Below, piece after piece: positions 22,560-34,770 of a stretch of DNA of 64,000 bases. The notes below the pieces were generated by a model. It saw only the letters and a program-made list of their open reading frames with translations. It ran no database searches and had not been told where the DNA came from. Origin of the DNA: Pristiophorus japonicus (taxonomy: Eukaryota); assembly GCF_044704955.1 (NCBI RefSeq), contig NC_091999.1, positions 29,636,001 through 29,700,000 of the forward strand, in the 5' to 3' direction. How positions within the stretch are numbered: the stretch's first letter is position 1; every line of letters begins with the position of its first letter. The translations under genes were made by a program, and so were the position numbers.

Positions 22560-25500
22560 TACGGAGAGAGAGAGAAGCAATGGGAAATCAGATAGAGAAA
22601 TACTGCGACATTCAGAAGTAGAGGGAAAACGATAGGTATTTAGATAGAGAGACACTGAGAGTCAGACAGGGAGAAAAACAGGAGTGATCAGATAGAGAGA
22701 CACGGAGACAGTCAGACAGGGAGAAGATCAGGCGTAGTCAGATAATAAGACATTGAGGTAATCTGACAGTGAGACTGAAACAGTGGGTGATCATACAGAG
22801 AGAAACTGAAACAGTCAGGCACAGACAGTAACAGGGTGTAATCATAGAGCGAGAGACATTGACATAGTCAGACACACAGAGAACAGGGACTAATCAGAGA
22901 GGGCAACAATGTGACAATCAGACAGAGATAGGGAGAGAGAGGAGTAATCAGATAGAGACACGCTGAGGCAGTTAGATTCAGAGAGCCATTCGCAAATATT
23001 AATCAGATAGGGAGACACTGAAATAGCCAGACAGAGAGTGAGAAGCAGGGAGTAATGAGATAGAGATATACTGCGACAGTCATACAGATATAGAAACAAG
23101 GGGCAATCATATAGAATCTCACTGAGACACAGTCGGACAGAGAGCGAGAGAGACGCAGGATGTATTCAGGTAGANNNNNNNNNNNNNNNNNNNNNNNNNN
23201 NNNNNNNNNNNNNNNNNNNNNNNNNNNNNNNNNNNNNNNNNNNNNNNNNNNNNNNNNNNNNNNNNNNNNNNNNNNNNNNNNNNNNNNNNNNNNNNNNNNN
23301 NNNNNNNNNNNNNNNNNNNNNNNNNNNNNNNNNNNNNNNNNNNNNNNNNNNNNNNNNNNNNNNNNNNNNNNNNNNNNTATACACTGGGAATGGCAGACAT
23401 AGAGAGAGACTCTGAGATACAGACAGAGAGAGAAAAACGGGTTAATCAGATGGATTGTAACTGAGACAGTCAAACAGCGTGAAGCACGGAGTAATCAGTT
23501 AGAGAGACTCTGACACTGTGAGACCGAATGATAAACAGGGATAATCAAATAGAGAAATACTGAGACAGACAGACACAGAGAGACACAGTAGTAAATTAGA
23601 TAGGTTTACAGCCAATCATAGAAATATAGAAAATAGTTGCAAGATTAGGCCATTCGGCCCTTCGAGCCTGCACCGCCATTCAATACGATTATGACTGATC
23701 ATTCCCTCAGTATCCTTTTCCTGCTTTCTATCCATACCCCTTGATCCCCTTAGCCGGAAGGGCCATATCGAACTCCCTGTTGAATATATCCAATGAACTG
23801 GCATCAACAACTCTCTGCGGCAGGGAATTCCATCGTTTAATAACTCTCTGAGTGAAGAAGTTTCTCCTAAATGGCTTACCCGTTATCCTAAGACTACGTC
23901 CCCTGGTTCTGGTCTTCCCCAACATTGGGAACATTCTTCCTGCATCTTAGCTGTACAGTCCCGTCAAAATCTTATACGTTTCTATGAGATCCCCTCCCAT
24001 CCTCCTAAAGTCCAGTGAATAAAGGCCCAGTTGATCTTGTCTCTTCTCGTATGACATTAATGACAGAAGGAGGCGTTAATTGTATAGAGAAACACCGAGA
24101 CAGTCAGACACAGAGAGAGAGAAACAGGGGTTAATCAGATAGTGAGACAGTGAGTCAGGCCGAGAGGGAGAAGCAGGTAATATTCAGATAGAGAGATATT
24201 TTGACAGAGAGAGAGAGAAAAATGGTCAATCAGAAAGATAGGTACTGTGGTAACAGACACAGAGAGAGAGAAGGAGGGAGTATTCAGAAAGAGACGCTGA
24301 GACTGTCAGACACAGAGAGAAAAACAGATGAATCAAATGGAGTGAAACTGCGACAGACAGAGATAAAATCAGGGAGTGATCAGATTGTGAGACTCTGAGA
24401 CAAAAAGACCGGAAGACAAACAGTGTTAATCATACATAGATATACTGAGACAGACAGGTAGACAGACGAACAGCGGTAAATTAGATAGTGACACTGAGAG
24501 AATCAGATACTACGAGACAGAACCAGGGGTTAATCGAATAGAGATATTGAGATAATCAGACAGAGAGAGGGAGAACAGGGGAAATCAGACAAATACATTT
24601 CGCTACAGTCAGGAGGATAGAGAAACAGGAGGTAATCAGATAGAGGCAGTGAGACAGTCAGACAGAGAGGGTGAAGCAGGTAATATTCAGATAGAATGAT
24701 ATTTTGACAGACAGACAGAGAGAGAAACAGGGGATAATGAGAAAGTGAGGTACTGAGGTAACAGACACACAGAGAGAGAAGGATGGAGTATTTAGATAGG
24801 GACACTGATAGTGTCAGACACAAAGAGAAAAACAGATTAATCAGATGGAATGAAACGGCACAGTCAGGGAGATAAAATCAGGCACTGATCAGATATGGAG
24901 ACTCTGAGACAGAAAGACCGAAAGACAAACAACGTTAATCATATAGAGAGATACTGAGACCGAATTACAGAGAGAGAAACAGGGGTAAATTAGATAGAGT
25001 GAGACTCAGACAATCAGTTACTACGAGACAGAAGCAGACGTTAATCGAATAGAGATACATTGAGACAATCAGGCAGAGAGATAGAGAGAACCGGGGTAAT
25101 CAGATAAAGAAATTTCGATACACTCAGGAAGATAGAGAAACAGGGGTAATCAGATGGAGACAGTGAGACAGTCAGACAGAGAGGGAGAAGCAGGTATTAT
25201 TCAGATAGAGATACATTTTGACAGACAGACAGAGAGAGAAATAGGGGGTAATCAGACAGAAAGAGAGACAGAGGCTGTCAGACAGAGAGATAACAGGAAT
25301 TCGTCAGATAGGAAGACAATGAGGCAACAGACAGTGAGAGAGAAATACGGGTAATCTGATCGATATACACTGATGTAGTCTGAAACAGAGAGATCACAGA
25401 TGTTAATCAGACATTGAGACAGACAGACAGAGAGAGAGAGAGAGAGAGATAGAGTGAGTGAGAGAGAGAGAGAAGCATGGGGTAAACAGATGGATAGACA

Positions 25501-26270
25501 TTGAAACACATAGACGGGGAAAGAGAGAGGGGTTAATCAGATAAATAAATACTGGGACAGTCAGAAAGAGAGCAACGTAGGGTAAGCAGATAGAGAGACA
25601 CTGAGATAATCAGACAGAGGGAGTGAAACAGGAGGTAATCAGATCGACAGACACTGAGACAGTCAGAGAGAGCGAATGAGACAAGGGGTAATCAGACAGA
25701 GAGAAAGAGAGACAGTGAGAAAGTCAGGAGTGAAAAAAACAGGGCGTGATCAGATAGATAGACACTGATAATTCAGAAATAGGGAGAAAACAGGGGTTAA
25801 ACTGATAGAGAGACATTGAGAAAATCAGGCACAGGGTAAAGCAGGGCTTATGAGATACTGAGCGAGATAGAGAGATAGAGAGACCGCTATGGGGAGAGAC
25901 AGAGATACAAAGAGGTATATAGATAGAGAGATNNNNNNNNNNNNNNNNNNNNNNNNNNNNNNNNNNNNNNNNNNNNNNNNNNNNNNNNNNNNNNNNNNNN
26001 NNNNNNNNNNNNNNNNNNNNNNNNNNNNNNNNNNNNNNNNNNNNNNNNNNNNNNNNNNNNNNNGCATAAGACAGACACAGGGATAAAGAGATACAGAGTG
26101 ATTCAGAGAAACAGAGAGAAAGAGAAAGGGAGAGCGAGAGTTAAAGGGAGAGATAGAGAGAAAGTCAGACTGTCAGAGATACAGATATGTATAGACATAT
26201 ATATATATATATAGATAGATACAAATTATACAGAGGTAAAGAAATCGAGAGAGATAAAGAGAGACTTTAA
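22560..26270. repeat. AG-rich ~40-45 bp degenerate satellite (contains N-gaps 23175-23377 and 25933-26063)
   Basis: Recurring GAGAAACAGGGGTAATCAGATAGAGAGACACTGAGACAGTCAGACA. Confidence 0.85.
23617..24052 (-). mobile_element. CR1 3' fragment inserted in the satellite
   Basis: MFPMLGKTRTRGRSLRITGKPF..NFFTQRV plus octamer tail. Confidence 0.85.
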
Positions 26271-27423
26271 GGGGATAAAATACCATCACTAAAATGGGAG
26301 TGGACAGACGGACAGATGGTCATTAAAGTGGCTACTGAAGGTAGTGAATTGATCTAACACATGGTCTAGATTGTAGGCCTTATCAGTATTAGGAGGTTCT
26401 GAGGAATCAGGAGTTCCTCTGTCTTACGGTAGGGATTATAATATATATTAAATTGACCGGTTGTATGAAAAACTCACTTATGTATGTACAGCACGCTTAT
26501 ACTCTCGCTTTTTATGGGTTTTCAGTCACGGAAACAGCAAATTGTGCTTCACAGTAAAGCGTGATGAACCATTCGTTGTGTTAACCTTAATAAAGACTGA
26601 GGGAAACATACATTCAGTACAGAATAACACATCCATCAAAGTCAGTGGAGAATTAACAGTTTGAAACAAGATTGGACAGCATCTCAATCTCATGAGATTC
26701 TTAAGGGAACTCGAACATTTTCACTAGAATTCTCTTGGGCACAGGATAAGAAAGTATGTATTTGGGAACAAGATAGCAAATCCTGGGAAGCAATTTCAAT
26801 TCACACTTCATGAGGAATTGAGGCAAATTTGACACCACAGAATAACACATTCCATAAGGGTGACATGTGATGCAAGATGGAGAGGTGGGGAAGCACTACT
26901 CAGAGCCAGTCTGACAAGGGTCGACACATCAATGTAAGTTCGTTGATAGCAGTATGCCAATCGATGTTTTTTTTAAGAGGGGCGCACACCTCTAAAATTG
27001 TAGAAGTGTATTTGCAAAACCTCTGTTCTGGGAAGGTCCATCCATGAAAACTTCCCCTGCATGCTTGAATACAAACCAGTTGAAACGAAGTTTCGTCTGA
27101 GTGATTCTGTGGTCGCTATACGGGCGGGTGGGTGTCGATTCCTTACATCAGGGAGTCCACCTTGAGTAAGAGAAGTTTTCCTTCTACACCAACAGAGACA
27201 ATGATACAAAGAGGTTGAGAGATACAGCGATTGAGCAAGCGGTACAGGGAGCGAGGAAAAGAGATAAAGAAAGAGAGAGCGAGAGAGATACATAGATAGA
27301 TAGACTGATACAGAGATACAGAGAAAGATCGAGAGATGGAAAGAGAGAGAGATAGAGAGAAAGAGAAAGGTACATAGATAGAGAGACTGATACAGAGATA
27401 ATGAGAGACAGAGAGCAATGTAA

Positions 27424-27456
<33 letters not shown>

Positions 27457-27845
27457 TTCATGATTGTGTTTCTTGATAAAGATCTTCACTCCAAACTCAG
27501 TATCATGATTTCAATCCTGTCTTCTGACGCTGATTCGTCCTGTTTTTTTGAATGGACAATGAAAGGTTGACAATGTTATAAAACCCATCAGCACCTGTCA
27601 GTATGTGCTAGAAGCTTTGTTTTCCACTTATGGTTTGCAGAGATCTGTTCCCGAGGTGCCATTCAGGTATTTGTTTCCAGTTGCTCTCCTGTTTACACTG
27701 AGGGTGGGCTTTGCGCAATGCATTGAGCTGTGTGTATGTGTTACTGGCATTTATGAAATTGCACGTGTGGGTCCAGCCTCCATTGCTTGAGTGTTGTTTA
27801 TTCTGATAACATGATGCCTTTTACTTGCTAATGCTCCTTATCTAG

Positions 27846-28145
27846 TCCAGTGAGGAAATAGTGTCCGTGTTTCAGGACCCACCGAGTAACACCTTGGGTG
27901 ACGGGCAAAGTTTCACTTTGAAGTGTAATTATCCGACATCACCTCCTCACCCTTCATTTTTTCTCATGCATTCAGCAGCCAGAGGCAAATCCGCAATAAA
28001 TACTGCAAAGCTCGATCTAGAAATAATGTAACTGCCTTTGGGAAGTGTCTGCTGTAGTTACATTAGACAATGCCACAGGAACGGTTCCTTTAAACATTCA
28101 ATATTGCCAGGTGTCTGACAGCGTCATTTATTACTGTTCACTTGG
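27846..28145 (+). pseudogene. TRAV: decayed TCR alpha/delta V pseudogene
   Basis: VSVFQDPPSNTLGDGQSFTLKCNYPTS...QQPEANPQ*IL...VTLDNATGTVPLNIQYCQVSDSVIYYCSLG, followed by the RSS-like TACAATG-23-TTGAAAGCC (28146-28184). Confidence 0.75.
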
Positions 28146-28819
28146 TACAATGTGCTCTGTGCACAATGTGCATGGTTGAAAGCCGGCTTTTCCCATCTGT
28201 CAAGCTCCAACTTGACAGATCCTCCACATCTCAGCAGCCAGCACATTCGCATGGGCAAGATTGCAAATGTCCTGAAAACTTGAAGCTGATAAAAGCAGGC
28301 GCAAAGCCTTCTTTTATAGGCATAAGAGTTTTAAATCATGAAACTCATAGCAAAATAAAATTTAAAATACATTTTTTGTTAAAACCCTGCCCACTGAGGT
28401 AAGTTTATTTTAAACCGGAAATAAAAAAAACTTTTTTTAAAATTGGAAAGATTTTTTTATTGGACAAAAATAGCTTAAATTTAAATAAATATAAAAAATG
28501 TAGTGTATTTTTTCTTTTTTTTCTTTTTGTTTTGATGTTTGGCGGGTGTGTTTCTCAATCAAAATAACCGGAAATCCAACTTATGGAGTTCCCGTTTTTT
28601 AAATGAGAAAATATTGTACCTTGATTGGCTGCCCAGGGCCATGTGATTCCAGCTCAAGCTTATGGACGTTGAGACGTGCACGCCTCTGCTGCACAGCGTG
28701 GAGGCCTTAGGCCTGAATTGATGGTAGTCGCAGCAATTGCAGGTAGTTGTGCAACTTTTAACATTTTTTAGTCCATCGCCTTCGGGAAGACTTCGACTGG
28801 GATTTCTAGGCCATTGTTA

Positions 28820-30407
28820 AACATAGAAACATAGAAACATAGAAAATAGGTGCAGGAGAAGGCCATTCGGCCCTCCAACCTGCACCGCCATTCAATGAGT
28901 TCATGGCTGAACATTCAACTTCAGGACCCCATTCCTGCTTTCTCGCCATACCCCTTGATCCCCCTAGTAGTAAGGACCTCATCTTACTCATTTTTGAATA
29001 TATTTAGTGAATTGGCCTCAACAACTTTCTGTGGTAGAGAATTCCAAAGGTTCACCACTCTCTGGGTGAAGAAGTTCCTCTGCATCTCGGTCCTAAATGG
29101 CTTACCCCTTATCCTTAGACTGTGACCTTTGGTTCTGGAATTCCCCAACATTGGGAACATTCTTCCTGCATCTAACCTGTCTAACCCCGTCAGAACTTTA
29201 AATGTTTCTATGAGGTCCCCTCTCACTCTTCTGAACTCCAGTGAATACAAGCCCAGTTGATCCAGTCTTTCTTGATATGAAAGTCCCGCCATCCCGGGAA
29301 TCAGTCTGGTGAACCTTCGCTGCACTCCCTCAATAGCAAGAATGTCCTTCCTCAGGTTAGGAGACCAAAACTGTACACAATACTCCAGGTGTGGCCTCAC
29401 CAATGCCCTGTACAACTGTAGCAACACCTCCCTGCCCCTGTAATCAAATCCCCTTGCTATGAAGGCCAAGATGCCATTTGCTTTCTTAACCGCCTGCTGC
29501 ACCTGCATGCCAACCTTCAATGACTGATGTACCATGACACCCTGGTCTCTTTGCACCTGCCCTTTTCCTAATCTGTCACCATTCAGATAATAGTCTGTCT
29601 CTCTGTTTTTACCACCAAAGTGGATAACCTCACATTTATCCACATTATACTTCATCTGCCATGCATTTGCCGACTCACCTAACCTATCCAAGTCGCTCTT
29701 CAGCCTCACAGCATCCTCCTCGCAGCTCACACTGCCACCCAACTTAGTGTTATCCGCAAATTTGGAGATACTACATTTAATCCCCTCATCTAAATCATTA
29801 ATGTACAGTGTAAACAGCTGGGGCCCCAGCAAAGAACCTTGCGGTACCCCACTAGTCACTGCCTGCCATTCTGAAAAGTACCCATTTACTCCTACTCTTT
29901 GCTTCCTGTCTGACAACCAGTTCTCAATCCATGTCAGTACATTACCCCCAATCCCATGTGCTCTAACTTTGCACATCAATCTCTTGTGTGGGACCTTGTC
30001 GAACGCCTTCTGAAAGTCCAAATATACCACATCAACTGGTTTTCCCTTATCCACTCTACTGGAAACATCCTCAAAAAATTTCAGAAGATTTGTCAAGCAT
30101 GATTTCCCTTTCACAAATCCATGCTGACTTGGACCGATCATGTCACCTCTTTCCAAATGCACTGCTATGATATCCTTAATAATTGATCCATCATTTTACC
30201 CACTTCCGATATCAGGCTGACCGGTCTATAATTCCCTGTTTTCTCTCTTCCTCCTTTTTTAAAAAGTGGGGTTACATTGGCTACCCTCCACTCCATAGGA
30301 ACTGATCCAGATTAAATGGAATGTTGGTAAATGACTGTCAACGCATCCACTATTTCCAAGGCCACCTCCTTAAGTACTCTGGGATGCAGTCCATCAGGCC
30401 CTGGGGA
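28820..30407 (-). mobile_element. 5'-truncated CR1-like LINE with open 392-aa RT frame (28984-30162)
   Basis: QHGF.KGKSCLTNL, YLDFQKAFDKVPH, GVPQGS.LGP, FADNTKL (catalytic DD changed to DN); octamer tail; very similar to 12520-14100. Confidence 0.95.
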
Positions 30408-30789
30408 ATGTAAAGATTGCAGTTGCGACTGTGTTTGCTGACAGACATTTCGATGTACCACATGGTCGAGACCGTGGCTGTGACTGTATCAAAACCTAAT
30501 GTGCAGCGTCAGGAAAACATTGTGCCAATTTGGAACAGTAATAGGAGGGCAGACCTTCCAATGATGAAGTTTCTTCTTGAGAACTTAACTTTGGTATTTT
30601 TTGCCCAGGAGCGCACACTTTAAAGGTTTAAAGTCCATGTTAAGAAAATACACAAAGGAATTTATTACACATTTGTTCGTGTTCCTTTGTGAACTTTACT
30701 GACCTGACGATTTGCCAGATCATTTTGCATTATCCTTTGATTTCCACAGGGTTAAAATGGAGAAGGAAGTGGCCTCGTGTCAGACCGAG

Positions 30790-31222
30790 AGATTAAAGCT
30801 TGAGTAGAGTGGGCCTATATTCTCTGGAGTTTAGAGGAATTAGGTGATCCCATTGAAACGGGGACAATTTTAACAGGGCTTGGCAGCGTCGATGATAAGA
30901 GGATGATTACCCTCGCTGGAAATTCTAGGACTAGGGGTGATAGACCCAGCATAACGGGTCGGCCATTTAGGACTGAGATGAGGAGGGATTACTTACTCAG
31001 AGGATGGTGAATATTTGCAATTTTTATCTTCCCGGGGGCTGCGGAGGCTCAGTCGTTGTATATTCGAGACAGAGGTCAATAGATTTTTGGGCTCAAAACG
31101 AATATGGGAATGGGAAGTGGAGATGATGTACAAGTTCAGCCATGACCTTATTGACCAGCAAATGAGGCTGGAAGGGCCACATGACCTACACCTGCACATA
31201 TTTCTTACGTTCTTATGTTCTT
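30790..31222 (+). mobile_element. CR1 3' fragment
   Basis: LGLYSLEFR..GD.IET-like remnant and TTCTTATG tail. Confidence 0.75.
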
Positions 31223-31413
31223 AAAGGGAAAATCGTCACGGACGAAGGGGACAGTCTTGAAGGGAGCGGTAGTGCAAAGCTGGCAATAGCGAATCGGCTG
31301 CACATTTTACAAGGCCGACAAAGACCAATGTCATGACAGAATGTCAGGCCGAAGAAAAGAAAGACACCAAGATATAATCCGAGTAGTAATTGAAGCCGAC
31401 TCTTAAAGCTTTT

Positions 31414-32321
31414 CTAGTTTACTAAATTTACAATTCGATTGCAAAAATATTTTGCCGCATGCTTTAACTTCTCCCTAAATTTTTTCTGGTTCACTGCATA
31501 AATACACGTGTTGGTGCAGCAACTTAGGAGCTGGAGCATGTTTCTACTTTCCTGGCGAATTAAATTGGGTTCATTGAAATTGGAACCTGCGAAATAAGAT
31601 CCGTTTGTAATTTTCACGTACAAGAAATCTACAACATACGTCATCCATAACAGGATTAAACTGCCCGAGACGGTGAAGAGTAAAATGATGGACTTTCTCC
31701 GGCTTTCCATCTCTGGGTCACTCTCGTTCTTTCCATTGATGTGGGTCCGGAGCCTCCTGCGGGCTCTGTTGGCTGCTACAATGTGTCTGACGGTCAGAGC
31801 ATTCAGCAGCAAGATCAGGAAGAATGGGAGGCCTGTATTGAAAAGACGAGCAAACCAATCATACGCTATCCACACGAGTGAAGTGTAGAAGGTTGATTTA
31901 ATATTTCAAAACTACGGGACCTTGTTGATTATATAGAGCGGTTCGTATATAAAGTACCAAGGAACGCTTTTTAAACAGCTCAGTAAACAGACCGTTCCTA
32001 TAACCACAGCCGCTGTTTTCTCGGTGCAATAATTTGTTTTCAGCTTCTGGCAACAAATGGCTACAAATCGATCAAAGGTGAAAGCGACCGTTAACCAGAC
32101 CGAACTCTCCGTGGCTGCATAAATTACCACAGGACATAGAGTACACGCCGGGGTCAGGGACAAAAAACTACCTGGAAAATAAATGCCACAAATCCGATTG
32201 AATATCACAGCTGTGATAATGACCAGAAGATCCGTCACCGCCATGGACACAAGGTACCGAGTGGTACATCTGGAGAGACCGCACCTTCCTTGGGACAGGA
32301 TCACAATTGCCACTAAATTAA
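31414..32321 (-). pseudogene. class A GPCR, GPR139/GPR142-like, main coding exon with two in-frame stops
   Basis: Acceptor tctcag|TT AAT, then VNLVAIVILS.G.CGLS.C.TRYLVSMA.TDLL, SVWLTVAFTFDRFVAICC, DPEMESRRKSIILLF, SCCTNTCIYA. The two listed ORFs share a frame and are separated by KVP*F*NIK (WFC expected). Confidence 0.85.
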
Positions 32322-32985
32322 CTGAGACTAAGAAGAAAGTTAACATTGGGAAGCTACCAGTCAAAGTTTCAGCAAACACATAAGTGTGACAGTTATTCTG
32401 TGACATTTTGAGACTTCATCCAACCACAGCAGAACACCGTTTACAAAAGATACCCCAAAAACTATTAGTGCGTTTCCAGTGTCACCTGTATCTCGACATT
32501 TTTCCCGATAATTAGTTGTCAACTGTAGGATACAGTATAATGTAACAGGAAAGTAACTTAAAATACAATCGTCAGTATTAATAAGTTGGTATTATGAGAA
32601 TGTATTATTTGATAGAGCCGACCACGGTTTAGATGAGACCATTGGGATACTACAAGAGCATACTCAGTAAGCAGGAGGATTCATGTTAATGCAATTTAAG
32701 GAGCATCAAAGGGTATGTGTAAGATTTCTCGCTTGTTTGGAGCTAACACGCCTCCAAACTGTTCTCGATTCGGTTGACTTCTGATCTTTATAACCAAACA
32801 AACTGTATATATTCTACATAAACACAACTATAACCCCAGCGAGACTGGAGTGTCTATGGTGCCACATTTCCATTTACAGGTGATGTGGCACATGACAACA
32901 GAAACACGACATGAGAATAATCTCAGAATTGATAGGTTCAGAGCGACTGATCTCACATCTAGGTGTATAAATCGGCGAAAGCTCA

Positions 32986-34770
32986 CGGAGCGAAATTGCC
33001 CTGCACCCTGATTGGGGTGGTACCCAGCTGGGGTTGGGAAATCCTGCGCCCAGTATGGAAGTCCCGCCCCGGTTGCAGAATTTGGCTTATTGCCGCTCAA
33101 ATGAAGTGGAGTGCAAACTCGCGCGTTCCACTTATTTTAGTGGCGGTACCAGCTGCGCTAACAGGGTGAGTAGTGCAGTGCTACACAGATGCTCCACATA
33201 ACGCTGATGCGGTTTAATGCCCCTACCCTTCGCCTAAAGGGGAGGGCCTCTGTGCACTTTTCACGCCTCTGGTGGTCTCCACTAAACCACCAGGACTGCG
33301 TGGTACCGGTCCTGCAGCCTGGCATCCAAAAGAGAATAACGGGCTCCACGATGGTGGCTAGGACCATAAGAACATAAGAACATAAAAAATAGGAACAGAA
33401 GTAGGTGAAACGGCCCCTCGAGCCTGCATTGTCATTCAATAAGTTCATGGCTCATCTGATGATGGACTCAACTCCACATCCCCACCCGCTCCCCATAACC
33501 CCTTATCCCCTTATCGTTTAAGAAACTGTCTATTTCTGACTTAAAATTATTCAGTATCCCAGCTTCCACAGCTCTCTGAGGCAGCGATGTCCATAGATTT
33601 ACAACCCTCTGAGAGAATAAATTCCTCCTCATCTTTGTTTTAAATGGGCGGCCCCTTATTCTAAGATCATACCCCCTAGTTCTAGTCTCCCCCATCAGTG
33701 GAAACAGTCTCTCTCCATGCATTTTGTCAAACACGATCATAATCTTATACGTTTCGATAAGATCACCTCTCCTTCTTTTGAACTCCATAGAATATAGGGC
33801 CAACCTACTCAGCCTTTCCTCATAAATCAACTCCAGAATTCTCGGAAGCAACCTAGTGAAACTTCTCTGAACTGCCTGCAAAGCAATGATACCCTTGCGT
33901 ATATATGGAAACCAAATCTGCACACAGTGTTCCAGGGGAGGCCTCACCAAAACATTTTATAGCTGTAGCAAGCCTTCCCTGTCTTTATACTCCATCCCCT
34001 TTGCAATAAAGCCCAAGATACCATTGGCCTTACTGATCACTTGCTGTACCTGCGTACTATCCTTTTGTATTTCATGTTCAATTACGCCCAGGTCCCGCTG
34101 TACTGCGGCACTTTGCAATCTTTTGCCATTCAAATAATGACTTGCTCTTTGATTTTTTTATGCCAAACTGTCTCACACTTTCGAACATTTTACTCCATCT
34201 GCCAAATTTTTTGCCCACTCACTTCGCATTTCAATGTTCTTTTGCAGATTTTTTGTATCCCACTCACACATTTGTTTTCCTCTCATCTTTTTATCGTCAG
34301 CAAACGTGGCTACGTAATACTCAGTCCTTTCTTTCAAGTCATTAATATAGATTGTAAATAGTTGGGGTCCCAGCCTGATCCCTGCGGCACCCCACTAGTT
34401 ACTGGTTGCCAACCAGAGAATGAACCATTCATCCCGGCACTCTGTTCTCTGCTGGTTAGCCAATCCTCTTTACATGTCACAACCAAGTGAACTTTATTTT
34501 GTGCAGTACCCTTTGACCATGCCAGAGGGGGACATGTAGTGCTAACCCGAGAGTTGTCAAAACGAGGAAGATGATGTCGCCGGGCTCTGGCGACATTACC
34601 TTTAACTTCTGGCTGCAGCGCGCGCCAGCCTTGCGGGAAGCGTTCTCCAAATTCCCGTGCAATTTAGCAGGAGCCAGGAGTGTCCCCCACCCCTTGCGAA
34701 AATTGTCTTTTGCCCCGTTGGCACCCCTGGAGGCACTAACGGGCCTCTAAAAATGGGCAATTTGGCCCCA
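32986..34770. mobile_element. non-autonomous TIR DNA transposon (PIF/Harbinger-like) interrupted by a CR1
   Basis: TIRs GGAGCGAAATTGCCC (32987-33001) and GGGCAATTTGGCCCC (34755-34769; 13/15 complementary), flanked by TCA on both sides (3-bp TNA TSD). Confidence 0.65.
33368..34514 (-). mobile_element. 5'-truncated CR1-like LINE
   Basis: VRP.LE.CVQ.W.P, RRGDLIETYKIM; tail (AACATAAG)n; GACCAT present at both junctions. Confidence 0.9.
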
